From Okamejei kenojei (lineage: Eukaryota), in the NCBI GenBank assembly GCA_035221665.1, contig CM069158.1:17050001-17114000 (forward strand): a stretch of DNA of 64,000 nucleotides, written 5' to 3'. The notes beneath the pieces are model-generated. The model searched no databases. It had not been told where the DNA came from and saw only the letters and a program-made list of their open reading frames with translations. Of the stretch, positions 1 through 12,289 are shown piece by piece; positions within the stretch are counted from its first letter, which is position 1; each line of letters begins with the position of its first letter. Position numbers and translations under genes: made by a program.

Positions 1-376
1 CCCCTGAAACATATTGCCTTGTTTTAATAGATTATCCTCCACTCCGGAGACATAATATTGAGCTCATGTGCACCACTCTGTGATTTTTGAACAGGAACAT
101 TTCAATTGCAACACTGCAATGAAAAAAGTGTCGCCACCAGAATTTCAGAGAAACATAAGGGCAGGTCAAAAACCATGGACGTAGATTAACGTTGAGATAC
201 AGTGAGAGGCAAGGAGAGTGTGTCTAAGGGTTGCTGAGAGCCAAGCAGCACTTCTTACACATAGCTCTCCTAAATTCCCAATGCCAGCACAAGGTTAATT
301 GGTTTGTTGACGATGCCATGGCGGCAAGAACCATACAGACCACGTACAACTCTGCACCTCACCTCACCGCAGGGAG

Positions 377-617
377 GCACAGTGGCACTGCAGATGGGCA
401 CAGTGGCACTGCAGGGGGGCACAGTAGCACTGCAGGGGGGCACAGTGGCACTGCGGGGCACAGTGGCACTGCAGGGGGGCACAGTGGCACTGCAGGGGGG
501 CACAGTGGCACTGCAGGGGGGCACAGTGGCACTGCAGGGGGGCACAGTGGCACTGCAGGGGGGCACAGTGGCACTGCAGGGGGGCACAGTGGCACTGCAG
601 GGGGGCACAGTAGCACA
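377..617 (+). repeat. 21-bp minisatellite (GGCACAGTGGCACTGCAGGGG, about 12 copies) derived from a SINE 5' end
   Basis: Tandem units are directly visible (one unit is 3 nt shorter). The last unit runs into the SINE head gaggttgagttgctaccttacagtgccagagacctgggttcgatcctg. Confidence 0.95.
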
Positions 618-672
618 GAGGTTGAGTTGCTACCTTACAGTGCCAGAGACCTGGGTTCGATCCTGACTACGG

Positions 673-1128
673 CTTCATATGATGAAAGAATGGATCGACT
701 GGGCTTATATTCACTGGAATTAAGGATGAGAGGGAATCTTATAGAAACATATACAATTCTTAAGGGATTGGGCAGGCTAGATGCAGGAACCATGTTCCCG
801 ATGTTGGGGGAGTCCAGAACCAGGGGTCATAGTTTAAGAATAAGGGGTAGGCCATTTAAGACTGTGATGAGGAAAATCTTTTTCACCCAGAGAGTTTTGA
901 ATCTGTGGAATTCTCTGCCACAGAAGGCAGTGGAGGCCCAGTCACTGGATATATTTAAGAGAGAGTTAGATATAGCTCTAAGGGCTAATGGAATCAAGGG
1001 ATATGGGGAAAAAGCAGGAACGGGGTACTGATTTTGGATGATCAGCCATGATCATATTGAATGGCAGTGCTGGCTCAAAGGGCCGAATGGCCTACTCCTG
1101 CACCTATTTTCTATGTCTATGTTTCTAT
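673..1128 (+). mobile_element. CR1/HER1-like LINE 3' fragment inserted in a V-SINE
   Basis: ORF2 C-terminus LGLYSLE...FTQRVLNLWNSLPQKAVEA...GIKGYG, then a 3' UTR ending in ttctatgt-type repeats. SINE sequence resumes at about 1130. Confidence 0.9.
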
Positions 1129-1164
1129 ATGGCTGCTGTCTGTATGGAGTTTGTACATTCTCCC

Positions 1165-1375
1165 TACACTAACACTATCCTACATACTAGGTAAAATTTA
1201 CAATTTGCAGATGCCAATTAACCTACAAACTTGTACGTCTGTGGAATGTGGGAGGAAACCGGAGCACCTGGAGAAAACCCACACGGTCACAGGGAGAATG
1301 TACAAACAGCAGCCGTGGTCAGGATCGAACCCAGGTCCCTGGTGCCGTAAGGCAGCAACTCTACCATTGTGCCGT
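1165..1375 (-). mobile_element. HE1-like V-SINE
   Basis: Reverse-complement tRNA-like head (ggatcgaacc, B-box-like) and V-domain-like core (ccaattaacctacaaac). Confidence 0.85.
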
Positions 1376-1887
1376 CATCCACCTTTAGAACCAAAAGAAC
1401 CCCCGCAGTAATAAATGACTGAAACTCAGCTCCATGACCTGATACAAAAGCAAGCATTAATGTGGGCAGTGATTTAGTAGTGAGACCACAAACAAAGAAG
1501 TTAACACATCGGGCAGCGTTGTTGCCCTGACATCCCTAGGTAGGGCCATGAAACTCTGCACGTTTACCAGCGAGGCCTGTTTAGATCCAATATTTCACCT
1601 GAAGGGTGTCTGAATTGTCGGCCTAAATTATGCGATCAAGTCCTCAACTGGGACTTCAACCTGCTCACTCAAGTGTGAATGTTACCAGCTGACACAAGTA
1701 ATTTCATTGTGTGTTGACTTGACACCTAACACAGTGTATTAGTCCCATGGCACCAAATAAAATCCAATGACAGCATAAGCTGGACTAAATACATTGTATG
1801 CTAAGTGTCTGGAATATGACTAGTATTGAAACAGTAAGTGGTATATGTACGGTTAATGGGCATTGTTGAAACAAAATTAAAAATAGA

Positions 1888-3215
1888 CTAGACTAAGTGG
1901 GACACGTTGGGTCCCTGTCACACGGGAGACCTGGTTCCCCAATGCAACCCGTTCCCCAACGCAATATTGCACCACTCACGCATAGCTCCCAACTGCGCAG
2001 GCACGGCTCATTCCCCCCCCCCATCCCTCAGCACCCCCTCCCCCTCCTCTTTGCCCTCCCTCTTCTTTCTCTTCTCCTCCTCCCCTCCCCAATCCCTCCC
2101 TCACCTCTCCCTCCTTCTCCTTTCCCCTACCATCAGTCACTCCCTCCTCCATAACTCCCCTCCCCTCCCTACCCCCCTACTATCCCTCTATCCCCCACTC
2201 CTCACCTCCCCCTATCCGACCACTATCACTCCTGACCTCCCCACTGACCTCCTCTCCCTCTATTTCGCACTCCCTACCTCCCCTACTCCCCCCTCCTCTC
2301 CCTCTATTTCCCCTCATCCCCCACTCCTCACCTCCCCCACTTCCCCCTCTCCCTCCCTACCCCTTCCTCTTCCTCAATCCCCCCACTGTCCCTCCTCCCC
2401 TCCCCAGGATCTTTCCCCTCCCAAATCCCTCCCTCACCTCTCCCTCCCTCTCCTTTCCCGCTGCCCTCACTCACTCCCTCCCTCCATCCATAAAAAGCAG
2501 CATCTGCAGTTCCTTTCTCCAGAGGTCATTGTTAGCTGTGGTTTAGATCCAGTAGACTTGACAATTGGACCAGTTTGCATTGTGTGTGCGTGTGAGTTAC
2601 TCAAACTCCATGCAAACTGCTCGACCACCCTGCAACCCGACTCTCCCTACTCTCCATCTGCCCACTCCCACTCAGCCACCGCTCGGCCCGCTGCCCGCTG
2701 CGCCCTGTCCCCAACCTGCCCACCCGCTGCTGCCGCTCGGCCTGTCCCCACCCACCCGCTGCTGCCGCTCGGCCTGTCCCCGCCCACCCGCCTACCTGCC
2801 TGCCTGCTCGCTGTCGCCGCTGGGCCGGGTCACGGGGGGGGGGGGGGATGGGGTGGGCACCACGAGCTTCGATGAGCTGGTGGGGAAGATCACTCCAAGA
2901 AGGCAGAGGGCGAGTTACCACAATGGTGGCAGCAGAGGAGACGAACCCGAGGGGATGGGTAGACAGTACCGCAATGCTGCAGAGGGAGGGCGGGGGAGAG
3001 GGGTGAGTGATGAGGGAGAGAGAGACCGGACCAAGGCCTCCACTGGGCCTTCACCGAACCCCCCCCCCCCCCCCTCCCCACTGTCGCCGCCGGTGGTGGG
3101 GGAGACGATAGACATGTTACAGTGAGGTGGGATGAGAGGAGTTTGTCAGTGAAGCGGGGGAAGTCCCTGCCGGTGGGGCAGGAAGGGGCATCACCATCCC
3201 GGCCGTGGCATTGAC
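1888..3215 (-). mobile_element. Probable non-autonomous Helitron-like element with C/T-rich low-complexity interior (right boundary uncertain)
   Basis: On the minus strand it ends in CTAG followed by T (1888-1891). A GC-rich hairpin GGGACAC-GTT-GGGTCCC (1899-1915) lies 7 nt inside. A polypyrimidine tract spans about 2010-2490. Confidence 0.55.
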
Positions 3216-3960
3216 TGACAAAATACAGAATTGCCTTCTCCCTGGTAGGCTCCAGTATAAGCTGCTCTAAGAATTCATCACGGAGGCACTCCACAAACTC
3301 TCTTTCTTGGGGTACATTACCAACCTGATTTTCCCAGTCTACCTGCATGTTGAAATCTCCCATAACAATCGTAACATTACCTTCACGACATGCCAATTTT
3401 AACTCTTGATTCAACTTGCACCCTATATCCAGGCTACTGTTTGGGGGCCTGTAGATAACTCATATTAGGGTGTTTTTACCCTTACAATTCCTCAGTTCTA
3501 TCCATACTGACTCTTCATCTCCTGATTCTATGTTACCCCTCGCAAGGCCCTGAATTTCATTGCTCATCAACAGAGCTACCCCACCCCCTCTGTCCACCTG
3601 TCTGTCTTTTTGATAGGATATCGAAAAGATCAACCTTTGAATGTTCAGTTCCCAGCCCTGGTCCTCTTGCAGCCATGTCTCCTCAATATCATACTTGCCA
3701 ATTTCTAACTGAGCCTCAAGCTCATCCACTTTATTTCCTATACTTCGCGCATTCATAGACAACACTTTAACTTCAGTATTCACCTCCCCTCTCACACCGG
3801 TCACTATTGGCCCTGACCCTACTCTTATCCCTTCTCGAACTTTCCTTCCCATTAATTCGGGAGTCTTTTGTAACTTTACCTGTACTCATTTCCCCTTTAA
3901 CTCCATCTTAATATTCCCAATTTGTCAACCCCTCCCCCCTACTATTTAGTTTAAACCCAC
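3216..3960 (-). mobile_element. CR1-like LINE ORF2 5' fragment (APE endonuclease), frameshifted
   Basis: Minus-strand peptides MNARSIGNKVDELEAQ...ETWLQ...RGGGVALL...ESVWIELRN and IVMGDFN...EFVECLRD...PTREKAIL. Confidence 0.92.
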
Positions 3961-4816
3961 ACGTTCATGATGTGTGTTGTGCTTACATTCACAGTGGCAC
4001 AATTTAGCTGACCCATTCAGCATCGCCATGTTGGGTGTATGTCCTCGTTTCCCAAATGAAATGTGATTTTTACAATTGGAAGTCCAGTCAACAGATAAAT
4101 AAGCAGAAGAGGTAATATCGACACCTTTATCTGCTCTCATTACCAAAGGGATAATTAAGAGGATTTTTTATCGAGATAGCAGAATCCAAGCGCAGATCAG
4201 CTTTGCCTTCCTCTCTTGAGCTAGCAAAGAGACATTGTAAGTCTCATCCAAACACATATTGCCTGCCCTAATGTTTGAACAGGATGTGCATAAATGAAAA
4301 CTAATAAAACTAGCTCTGCACTATTTGTTTTTCTTACTTCTGTAATACACTGCTTAAAGTATATATCTGTGCAAAGATTACATTCTTTTTTTTTTCTCTG
4401 CTGTGGTGTTCTGACTTGCATTAGTCAATTTTAAGTTAGATCCCTCCTGCTTCCACATCAGCTCACTGGTTCTAATCTTATTTGGAATAACTTTCAGGCT
4501 CATTTTCTGCTTCCCTTCACAAACGCTTGCTTTTCACTCACAGACAGGCCCACAAAGGGGCACCTGAGATTAAGAACTGAGAGCGAAGGGATTCTGACCA
4601 TAAATCTAAGAGGTATCATTTCTGTGATACAGTGCACTGGTGTTCCACGCAAGTCATCAGCTGCTGTCATTTATCTTTGAAAAGTTATAACGTATTAATA
4701 TGTAAGATTTATGTTGCCAATTTTCTGAAGTCATCCCCTCTAGATAGTAGCTCTATTTGTATCATATTAACATTGGCAATTCCCAAGCTCGAATTCGGGT
4801 AACAAGAACATCTAAG

Positions 4817-5012
4817 ATAGACATAAAATGCTGGAGTAACTCAGCGGGAAAGGCAGCATCTCTGAAGTGAAGGACTGGGTGACGTTTCGGGTCAAGACAC
4901 AATGCGAAACATTACCCATTCCTTCTCTCCAGAGATGCTGTCTGTCCCGCTGAGGTACTCCAGCATTCTGTGTCTATCTTTGGTGTAAACCAGCATCTGC
5001 AATTCCTTCCTA
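4817..5012. mobile_element. Inverted pair of Penelope-like terminal repeats (hairpin)
   Basis: gatagacataaaatgctggagtaactcagcggga... and its reverse complement ...tcccgctgaggtactccagcattctgtgtctatc. Family assignment is from recall of elasmobranch repeats. Confidence 0.65.
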
Positions 5013-5635
5013 AACAAGATCATCTACCTGTGTGCGAATACAGTGGGTGCAAAGTGTCACAGAGGCTAAGCTACTGGACTAGTAGCCAGAGGCTTGTACT
5101 GTACACCCAAAGACCTGTCTGAGTGCAAGCATGGAAGCTGAGTAGTTTCCATTGAAATAATTAATCATTTTATTAATTTGTAATGGGGAAATTAGTAGAA
5201 ATAACAAAATGAAGTGTTGTGGAAGCCCTTCAGATGCCCTAGCAAGTGATTCAGTTTAGCAGACAATTACACGGGAACAACGAATGCTGGTCTTACTACA
5301 AACTTTGAATAAATAAATAAAGACTGGCCCATGGACCTTCAGTAGGATGCCATGGGAAATGCTCTATGCCAGGGTACGCTGGCATGGCAACGAACCATGC
5401 TGGGATGCATTGACATTTGGCTTTGACCCAATCAACTGCACTGCGACATGTGCACCAATTGTTCTCTCTGCTACATTTCTTCCGTTGTGGATCTGGATGC
5501 CATTCAAAGATGGGAATTGCATGTGATGCCAGTATTACCACTGTGCCATCTGCCTCTGTGATACTTTGATCAAGAACAGGAGTGCCATACATTTTTGCTG
5601 CTGATACTTATGGTGGCCAAATGCTTGGGACGAGG

Positions 5636-5902
5636 TCACAGGATATAGGAGTAGAATTAGGCCATTTGGCCCATCGAGTGTACTCTGCCACTCAATCATG
5701 TCTCATCCCTGCTCCTAATCCCATTTTCCTGCTTTCTCCCCATAACCCTTGACGCCTGTTCTAATCAAAAATTTGTCTATCTCTGTCTTAAAATATATCC
5801 ACCGACTTGGCCTCCACAGCCTTCCGTGCCAATGAGTTCCACAACCCTCTGCTAAAGATGTTTTTCCTCACCTTTCTAAAAGAGCACCCTTTAATTCTGA
5901 GG
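5636..5902 (-). mobile_element. CR1-like LINE 3' fragment
   Basis: Reverse complement of the CR1 tail (aattaggccatttggcccatcgag...ttctccccataacccttgac). Confidence 0.8.
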
Positions 5903-6858
5903 TCAGTTGCTTTATAAAGCCTTTGATGTTGCTGCTGGTCCTGGGGGGTGAGAGAATGTGTGTAGCTCAGGGTGGCTTGGGTCCCTGAACCTGTGATGGC
6001 TGCTCATGGCCAATTTTAATGTCCTCATCCTTATATACAACAGGTAATCTTCCCCTCCTTAACTTCTCTAGTTCTTAAACTCCCTCATCTCCTGCACAAT
6101 GCCCACAGCTTCACCTCTAACAGTCTCCTGGTTGGTAGCGTAATTGGCTACCGGAAGTTGTCCCATGTGTCAATGGTGGCAGGAGAATGAGGGGTTGATT
6201 GGAATATGAGAGAGAATGGGTCACAAAGAAATAAATAGGAGAATGGTAATGATCTGAGATATTACATGGACTCAATTAGTCAAATGACCTACTGCTGTAT
6301 TTTAATGAAATAAGAGAAATATGAGAAACTAATATGGTTTTACCTTATACGCCAAAATGGTTCAGCCTTTGGAAGCCTTTGAAATGTGTTGCTATGGAAA
6401 GGCATCCGGGAGGGATATGGATCAGACACAGGTAGAGGAGATTAGTTTAACTTCACATCATCAGTATGGATATTGTTGGCCATAGGCCTAGTTCTGTGCT
6501 GCGCAATTCTATGTTCATCCTATTAAAGTTCAAATATCTGTTATTGGAAAAGCTGTAAATCAGGTATTGGACATGAGGGAGGAACTCAGGAAAATGACAA
6601 CTACTGGTCACCCCTAAGTGATCCTAAGCAGATTGCAGGATCTGTGAGCTGACTGGTTCCAGAGCTTGATGGAGTTGACCCAATGCCGCCATTAGGGCAA
6701 CCAATCTTTAAGGATATAAGTTGGCGCTGGAACCTGTGAAATATAGAGGGATCTGGATGTCTTCATGAATGATTCGCTAAGATCTAGTAAGCATGTACAG
6801 CAATGATCATGAAGGCTAACAAAATGTCACTGCTTAATGCAAAGGAAATTGAACAAAA

Positions 6859-7480
6859 AGTTCAAGTTCAAGTTACATTTATTGTCACATACACCAGTTG
6901 GTGCAGTGAGATTTGAGTTACGACTAATAAATAACACAATGCACGATAGAGTTTAACATAAACATCCCCACGCATCCACGGAATCAACGTTCCCACTGTG
7001 AGGGAAGGCAATAAAGTTCAGTCATCTTCCTTATTGTTCATCCATGGTCGGGGCCTTTGAGCCCTCCGCAGTTGCCGTTACGGCGGCCCGATGTTTCAGG
7101 CCCTCTCGCCGGGATCATCGAAGCTCCGCCGTCGGAGCAGAAGAACACACTCAGCGGCTTGGAGTTTCCGAATCGGCCACTTCTTACTGGAGACTGCGGC
7201 TCCCAAAGTAAAGCTGGGCGGAGATTCAACGCTGGCGACCCCCAGCACGAGGTCCCAGGACTCCGCGAAGTTAGAGTCAGCGCCGCCCACGGCTGGAAGC
7301 TCTGCAAACCACAGCACCACGGTGTTAATCAGCAGGCCCAACACTCGGAGCTTCAACACGGGGATCCCCAGTAATGCATCGCCCGCTCCGCGATGGAATT
7401 TGGTGCTGCTGAAGCTCTGGCCGGTCTCCGGCAGGAAAGGCCGCGCCAATCCAGATGGTAGGCCGCGAGGAGGGGGCGAG
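6859..7480 (-). mobile_element. CpG-rich non-LTR-derived repeat with (AAGTTC)n end; family unassigned
   Basis: aagttcaagttcaagtt...tttattgtcac terminus followed by a GC/CpG-rich body unlike the surrounding intron. Confidence 0.55.
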
Positions 7481-7495
7481 GTCTACTTCACCATT

Positions 7496-7840
7496 CGATC
7501 TATCTTTCTCTCTCAGCCCCATTCTCCTGCCTTCTCCCCATAACCCCTAACACCCGTACAAATCAAGAATCTATCTCTACATTAATAATATCCGTTGACT
7601 TGACCTCTACAGTCTATGGGAATGAATTCCACACATTCACCACCCTCTGACTAAAGAAATACTTCCTCATCTCCTTTCTAAAGGTATGTCCTTTTATTCT
7701 GAGGCTATGGCCTCTGGTCCGATTCTCTCCCACGAGTGGATACATCCACTACCAGGCCTTTCATAATTCGGTAAGTTTCAATGATGCACCACTTTTTCCC
7801 TGTAAACTCTAGCGAGTACAGGCCCAGTGCCTTCACCACT
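7496..7840 (-). mobile_element. CR1-like LINE 3' fragment
   Basis: Reverse-complement CR1 ORF2 end (gaattccacacattcaccaccctctgactaaagaaat...). Confidence 0.8.
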
Positions 7841-8581
7841 CAGTTGGTGAACAGATGAACTCTGGTCCCTGCAGAAATGTTTCATCGGATCAGCTGCTTT
7901 GCTTGTGTGTGTGACTGCAACACAATCAGATATCATCAAGCCGTGGGCTCCCAGTGAGGCAATGCATCGGTGCATACTTGCTTCTGAGTCTCAGAATCTG
8001 GCCACACAGTTGCGTAGACCCAAAATGACCAAGTGTTTGGTTAACGCAACTGGCTGGGCAGAGGGAACCTTTGCAGCAGTTCTCCTGCTGCCAAGTCAAG
8101 CCTGAAGGAAGCAATAATGCGTGTGAACAAAGAAGTGCAACCTTTACCTGCATCTCTTTGTGACATTAATGTCTGCATCTCTCTATTTTAGGCCTGCTTG
8201 TACAAAAGACCATTTGTCCTCTTGCTTTGACAGTGCCGTTTTCACAGGTCATACAGCATTCATTCATCATCCCTTCATCCTCTGCTCCCCTCTCTGAAGG
8301 TGATGAATTAGGCTTGTTTTTTGTGTGCTGTGAACTCTGTTGTGTGGATAGAGAGCAGCCAGCAGTAGGTCCTGTGCTGGAATTGGGGCCAAGAAACTAA
8401 TTAAAGTGTGGGCAACAGCCTAGAGCTCCTTTCAGCAGTGTTGGCCCACTATCTCTGGAGAAAGCTATTTGGAAGCAAGAACCTGGACTGTTAGTAGACA
8501 GGGTGAACGTTGAGATGCTTCTTTGTAATTGATAGAAATCCATCAAGGATTGGTTGCTAAATCCTTGCCAACTATTATAAA

Positions 8582-8889
8582 GGCAGCATGATGGCGCACC
8601 AGTATAGTTGCGGCCTTACAGCGCCAGAGACCCAGGTTCGATCCTGACTACGAGTGCTGTCTGTACGGAGTTTGTATGCTCTGTCCGTGACCGCGTGGAT
8701 TTTCTCCGGATGTCCCAGTTAAATCCCACACATCCCAAAGAACCACAAGTCGGTAGGTTAATTGCCTTCAGCATAAAATTGTAAATTGTCCTTTGTGTGT
8801 AGGATAGTGCTGTTGTACGAAGATCGCTAGTCGGTGCAGTCTCGGTGGGCGGAGGGGTTTGATTCCATGCTGTACCTCTAAACTAAACT
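8582..8889 (+). mobile_element. HE1-like V-SINE, near full length
   Basis: tRNA-like head with B-box GGTTCGATCC, central domain gtaggttaattg...gtaaattgtcc, and ctctaaactaaact tail. Confidence 0.9.
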
Positions 8890-9244
8890 TAAAGTGCTTT
8901 GGGAAATCCTTGTCAACTATTATAAGGATGGCATGGTGACGCAACAGTAGTTGCTGCCTTATTAAGAAAGATTAGGTCAGCAGTTAGAGGGATCGGGATT
9001 GATGCAATTGTTCTGAGGATCAACATGAAGTTGATGGGCCGAATGACCTCCTTCTATGAGAAATAAATATTGAGTAGCAGTTCCTGCATGACACTTTCTC
9101 TGGTTGGGCTAAAACGAAGTGTGGTCCTTATTTGGCAGCCAAGGCTTTACACAAACCTCTTGGAAGACCACTTGAAGCGTCTGCACCCTCAACAGGACAG
9201 GAAATACCCCCGACCACTTGAATGCATTATATGTCATGACACAA

Positions 9245-9247
<3 letters not shown>

Positions 9248-9278
<31 letters not shown>
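9248..9278 (+). repeat. Poly-G run (31 nt)
   Basis: Directly visible. Confidence 0.95.
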
Positions 9279-9279
<1 letters not shown>

Positions 9280-9695
9280 AACATTACTGAGAACTATAAC
9301 TATAAAGAAGAACACCAATCATTATTCTCTTCCACTTGGAGCAAACAAAAAAAAGCCAAATATATTTTCATAACTGCAAACTGATGCAGTATTAATTCAC
9401 TGTAGGTAAAAGTCACTTCTGGTACCTGGCCAATTGGATAGTAACCACAACAAGTAAAGGGACTGGATATTACAGGCAACTACCCCATTGAGAAGTCTTT
9501 AAAAAGAGAAATAAGGACCAATTCCAGGCTTTATGACTCTTCAGAGTCTCCATGTGCTACTTCCAAAGAGGTGACCAGAACGGCACATGTGAATAATTAG
9601 GAATGCATGGATGTGATATTGGCATTTAAATAGTAATGTTTATTGTTTATTTGAGCATAAAAGATTATTTGCATTAAGTCAGTTTACTTTTTCAC

Positions 9696-10342
9696 TTGAA
9701 TTGAATTGAATACATTTTATTAGCCATGTATAGGTACAAGGAATTTGCCTTGGTGCTTTGCTCGCAAGTGACAACATGAAATAGAGTAGACAATTACAAA
9801 TAAAACATTATAATTTAAACATGTGAAGAATGAAATAAAACACCAGAGCAAAAGGAGGCTACAGACTTTTGGCTGTTGAGTAGAGCTACTGCTCGTGGAA
9901 AAAGCTGTTTTTATGTCTGGCTGTGGCAGCTTTGACAGTCCGGAGTTGCCTTCCAGTGGGGTGCTTCAAAGAGTTTGTGGCCAGGGTGAAAGGGGTCAGA
10001 GATGATCTTACCTGCTCGCTTCCTGGCCCTTGCGGTGTACGGTTCATTGATGGGGGGAAGGTTGCAGCCAACAATCTTCTCGGCTGATCGAACGATGCGC
10101 TGCAGCCTCTGGATGTCGTGCTTGGTGGCTGAGCCAAACCTGACCATGATGGAGAAGGTGAGGACAGACTCTACAATGGCAGTATGAAACTGGACCATCA
10201 TTGCCTGTGGCAGATTGTGCTTCCTCAACTGCTGCAGGAAGTACATCCTCTGTTGTGCCTTTTTGACTGTGGGGTCGATGGTAGCCCCCCCCCACTTAAG
10301 GTCCTTGGAGATGATGGTTCCAAGGAACTTAAATGATGTGAC
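9696..10342 (-). mobile_element. Rex1/Babar-like LINE 3' fragment (RT C-terminal region)
   Basis: FKFLGTIISKDLKW...KKAQQRMYFLQQLRK...AIVESVLTFSI...LQRIVRSAEKIVG...IISDPFHPGHKLF, with a (TTGAA)n terminus. Confidence 0.88.
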
Positions 10343-11140
10343 TGGTATTGTTGATGGTGAGTGGGGGGAGAGGAGAGGGACGTGTAAGGCAGCAACTGTA
10401 CCGCTTGCTGCACGACTGTGCTGCCCCAGTGGTTGATGGAAGAAAAATGTAACATTCTGAGACAAAGAATTAGGCTGATTCGAGAAAACATTGTTCTTTG
10501 ATAATTGTACAAATGTAGCGATAATTGCAACCTTGTACAGGTTCCTTGGTGAAAACAATATTTCCTCAGTTAGAAATTAATTTGCTGGTTACCTGAGTAT
10601 GGATGTTTTGGTAATGCTGTGTGATTAAGCTGAAGAGGATATCCCTGAGTTAACTACAGAATGCATGTGTTACCTCCAGAAATTGGTTGAAGGCTGTGGT
10701 AAATTGAAGTATGGTTGCAGAATGTTCTGATGGAACATGTTTTGTTGAACTAAGATGTTCATCCATCCTCTTTTGGTGTGTCCCCAGTAAGACAAGGTTC
10801 ACCGATTCAGAGAAATCCAAAAAGTTTGAACCATTAGTCAGAACTGGCGAGTGATGAATGCAAGTTCACTCGAATCTTACTGCGAAGATACGTATTATAA
10901 GCTTTTCTTTGAATTTTGTTAGAGATGCGGGCATCAAAGATGAGGCCAGCATTTACTGTCTGTCCGTAACTGCCCTTGAGGAGGTGGTGATGAGCTCCCG
11001 TCTTGATTCTCTGCTCTCCTTCTCACGAATGTAGGCACTCGGTGCTGTTGTATAGTGAGCTAGTGTGTTAGTAAGGGTGTTAGGGGCTATGGGAAGAAGA
11101 CAGGAGAATAGGGTTGAGAGAGAAAGCTCAAGTAGACTTG

Positions 11141-11356
11141 ATAGAAACATAGAAACATAGAAAATAGGTGCAGGAGTAGGCCATTCGGCCCTTCGAGCCT
11201 GCACTGCCATTCAATATGATCATGGCTGATCATCCAACTCAGTATCCTGTATCTGCCTTCTCTCCATACCCCCTGCCACATCTAAATCCCTCTTAAATAT
11301 AGCCAATGAACTGGCCTCAACTACCTTCTGTGGCAGAGAATTCCAGAGACTCACCG
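11141..11356 (-). mobile_element. Young CR1-like LINE 3' fragment
   Basis: (atagaaac)n tail followed by aaaataggtgcaggagtaggccattcggccc; closely similar to the copy starting at 56406. Confidence 0.88.
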
Positions 11357-12289
11357 TGAGCAGGATGGGCAGGATGGCCTAACTCTGCTCCTAGAACTTA
11401 TGAAGGTGAGTTCCAAGATAGAGAACCAGTGATTAAGAAGGAACTGCAGATGCTGGAAAATCGAAGGTAGACAAAAGTAGACAAAAGTGCTGGCGAACCA
11501 GTGAAATATTTCCAACCTGTTTCTCTCATCTTTCTTAGTATAGAGGTTGGGAGGAGCTGCTAAAGTATCTTGGGAGAGTAAACGCAGTACATTTTGTAAA
11601 TAGAACACATTGCAACCACTGTGCACCAGCGGTGAAAGGATGAAAGGTTGATGGATAGGTGCTATACAAGAGCACTACTTCAACATGGGTAGTGTTGGGC
11701 ACTTTGAATGTTGCTGGAGTTCGTAGCCTTTTGACTTAACACCAATGTTTTCTTGTTCAAAAGAGTCCAAGGCAATGGAGGGAAAACAAGAGTGGACATT
11801 CTGTTTTGGAATTGGACTTCTGTTTCCTCAGGCACCTGAGAAAGTATTTTATTTATATTGAAGATAGACACAAAACGATGGAGTGACTCAGCGGGCCAGG
11901 CCGCATCTCTGGAGAAAAGGGATAGGTGTTATCGCTCTCATTTCAAAGAGTCAGCTGAAAAATCTTATTACTTTTCCCTCCCAATCCTTGCCTTATAATG
12001 ACTTTTCTCTGATATTTAAAAAATACTGTTGGCATTCAGCAGGTTAATATTTACCATTGATCTCTGCCCACAAGTTAGTGTCTCATTGAAATACACTTGA
12101 GTGATATTTGCTGATACCAAACAAAGGCGTTTCCTTTCATTTGATCATTTATTATCCTGCTTGGCCTATTTTTTGTATTTATTATTTTTCGTAATTCTTC
12201 CAATCAGTTTCTCCCTGCCTTTCTTCCTCTACCTCTCTCTTTGTTTCATTTTTGGAATACGCTGAGAAAGATTCCCTCTCTCTCTATAT

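Noticed and set aside
377-617. Regular repeat array resembling CRISPR
   Set aside because: Head-to-tail units with no unique spacers, vertebrate intron, no cas genes.
231-1031. 266-aa ORF with GGHSGTA repeats
   Set aside because: Chance fusion of a stop-free minisatellite, a SINE head and a CR1 ORF2 tail; not a credible gene.
1907-3125. Long Pro/Ser/Leu-rich ORFs (322 and 186 aa)
   Set aside because: Translations of low-complexity C/T- and GC-rich repeat sequence.
7038-7543. Overlapping ORFs and CpG-island-like patch
   Set aside because: Lies in an interspersed repeat with a retroelement-type tail; high GC explains the lack of stops.
8582-8650. tRNA-like A/B boxes
   Set aside because: These are SINE heads; no complete cloverleaf is evident.
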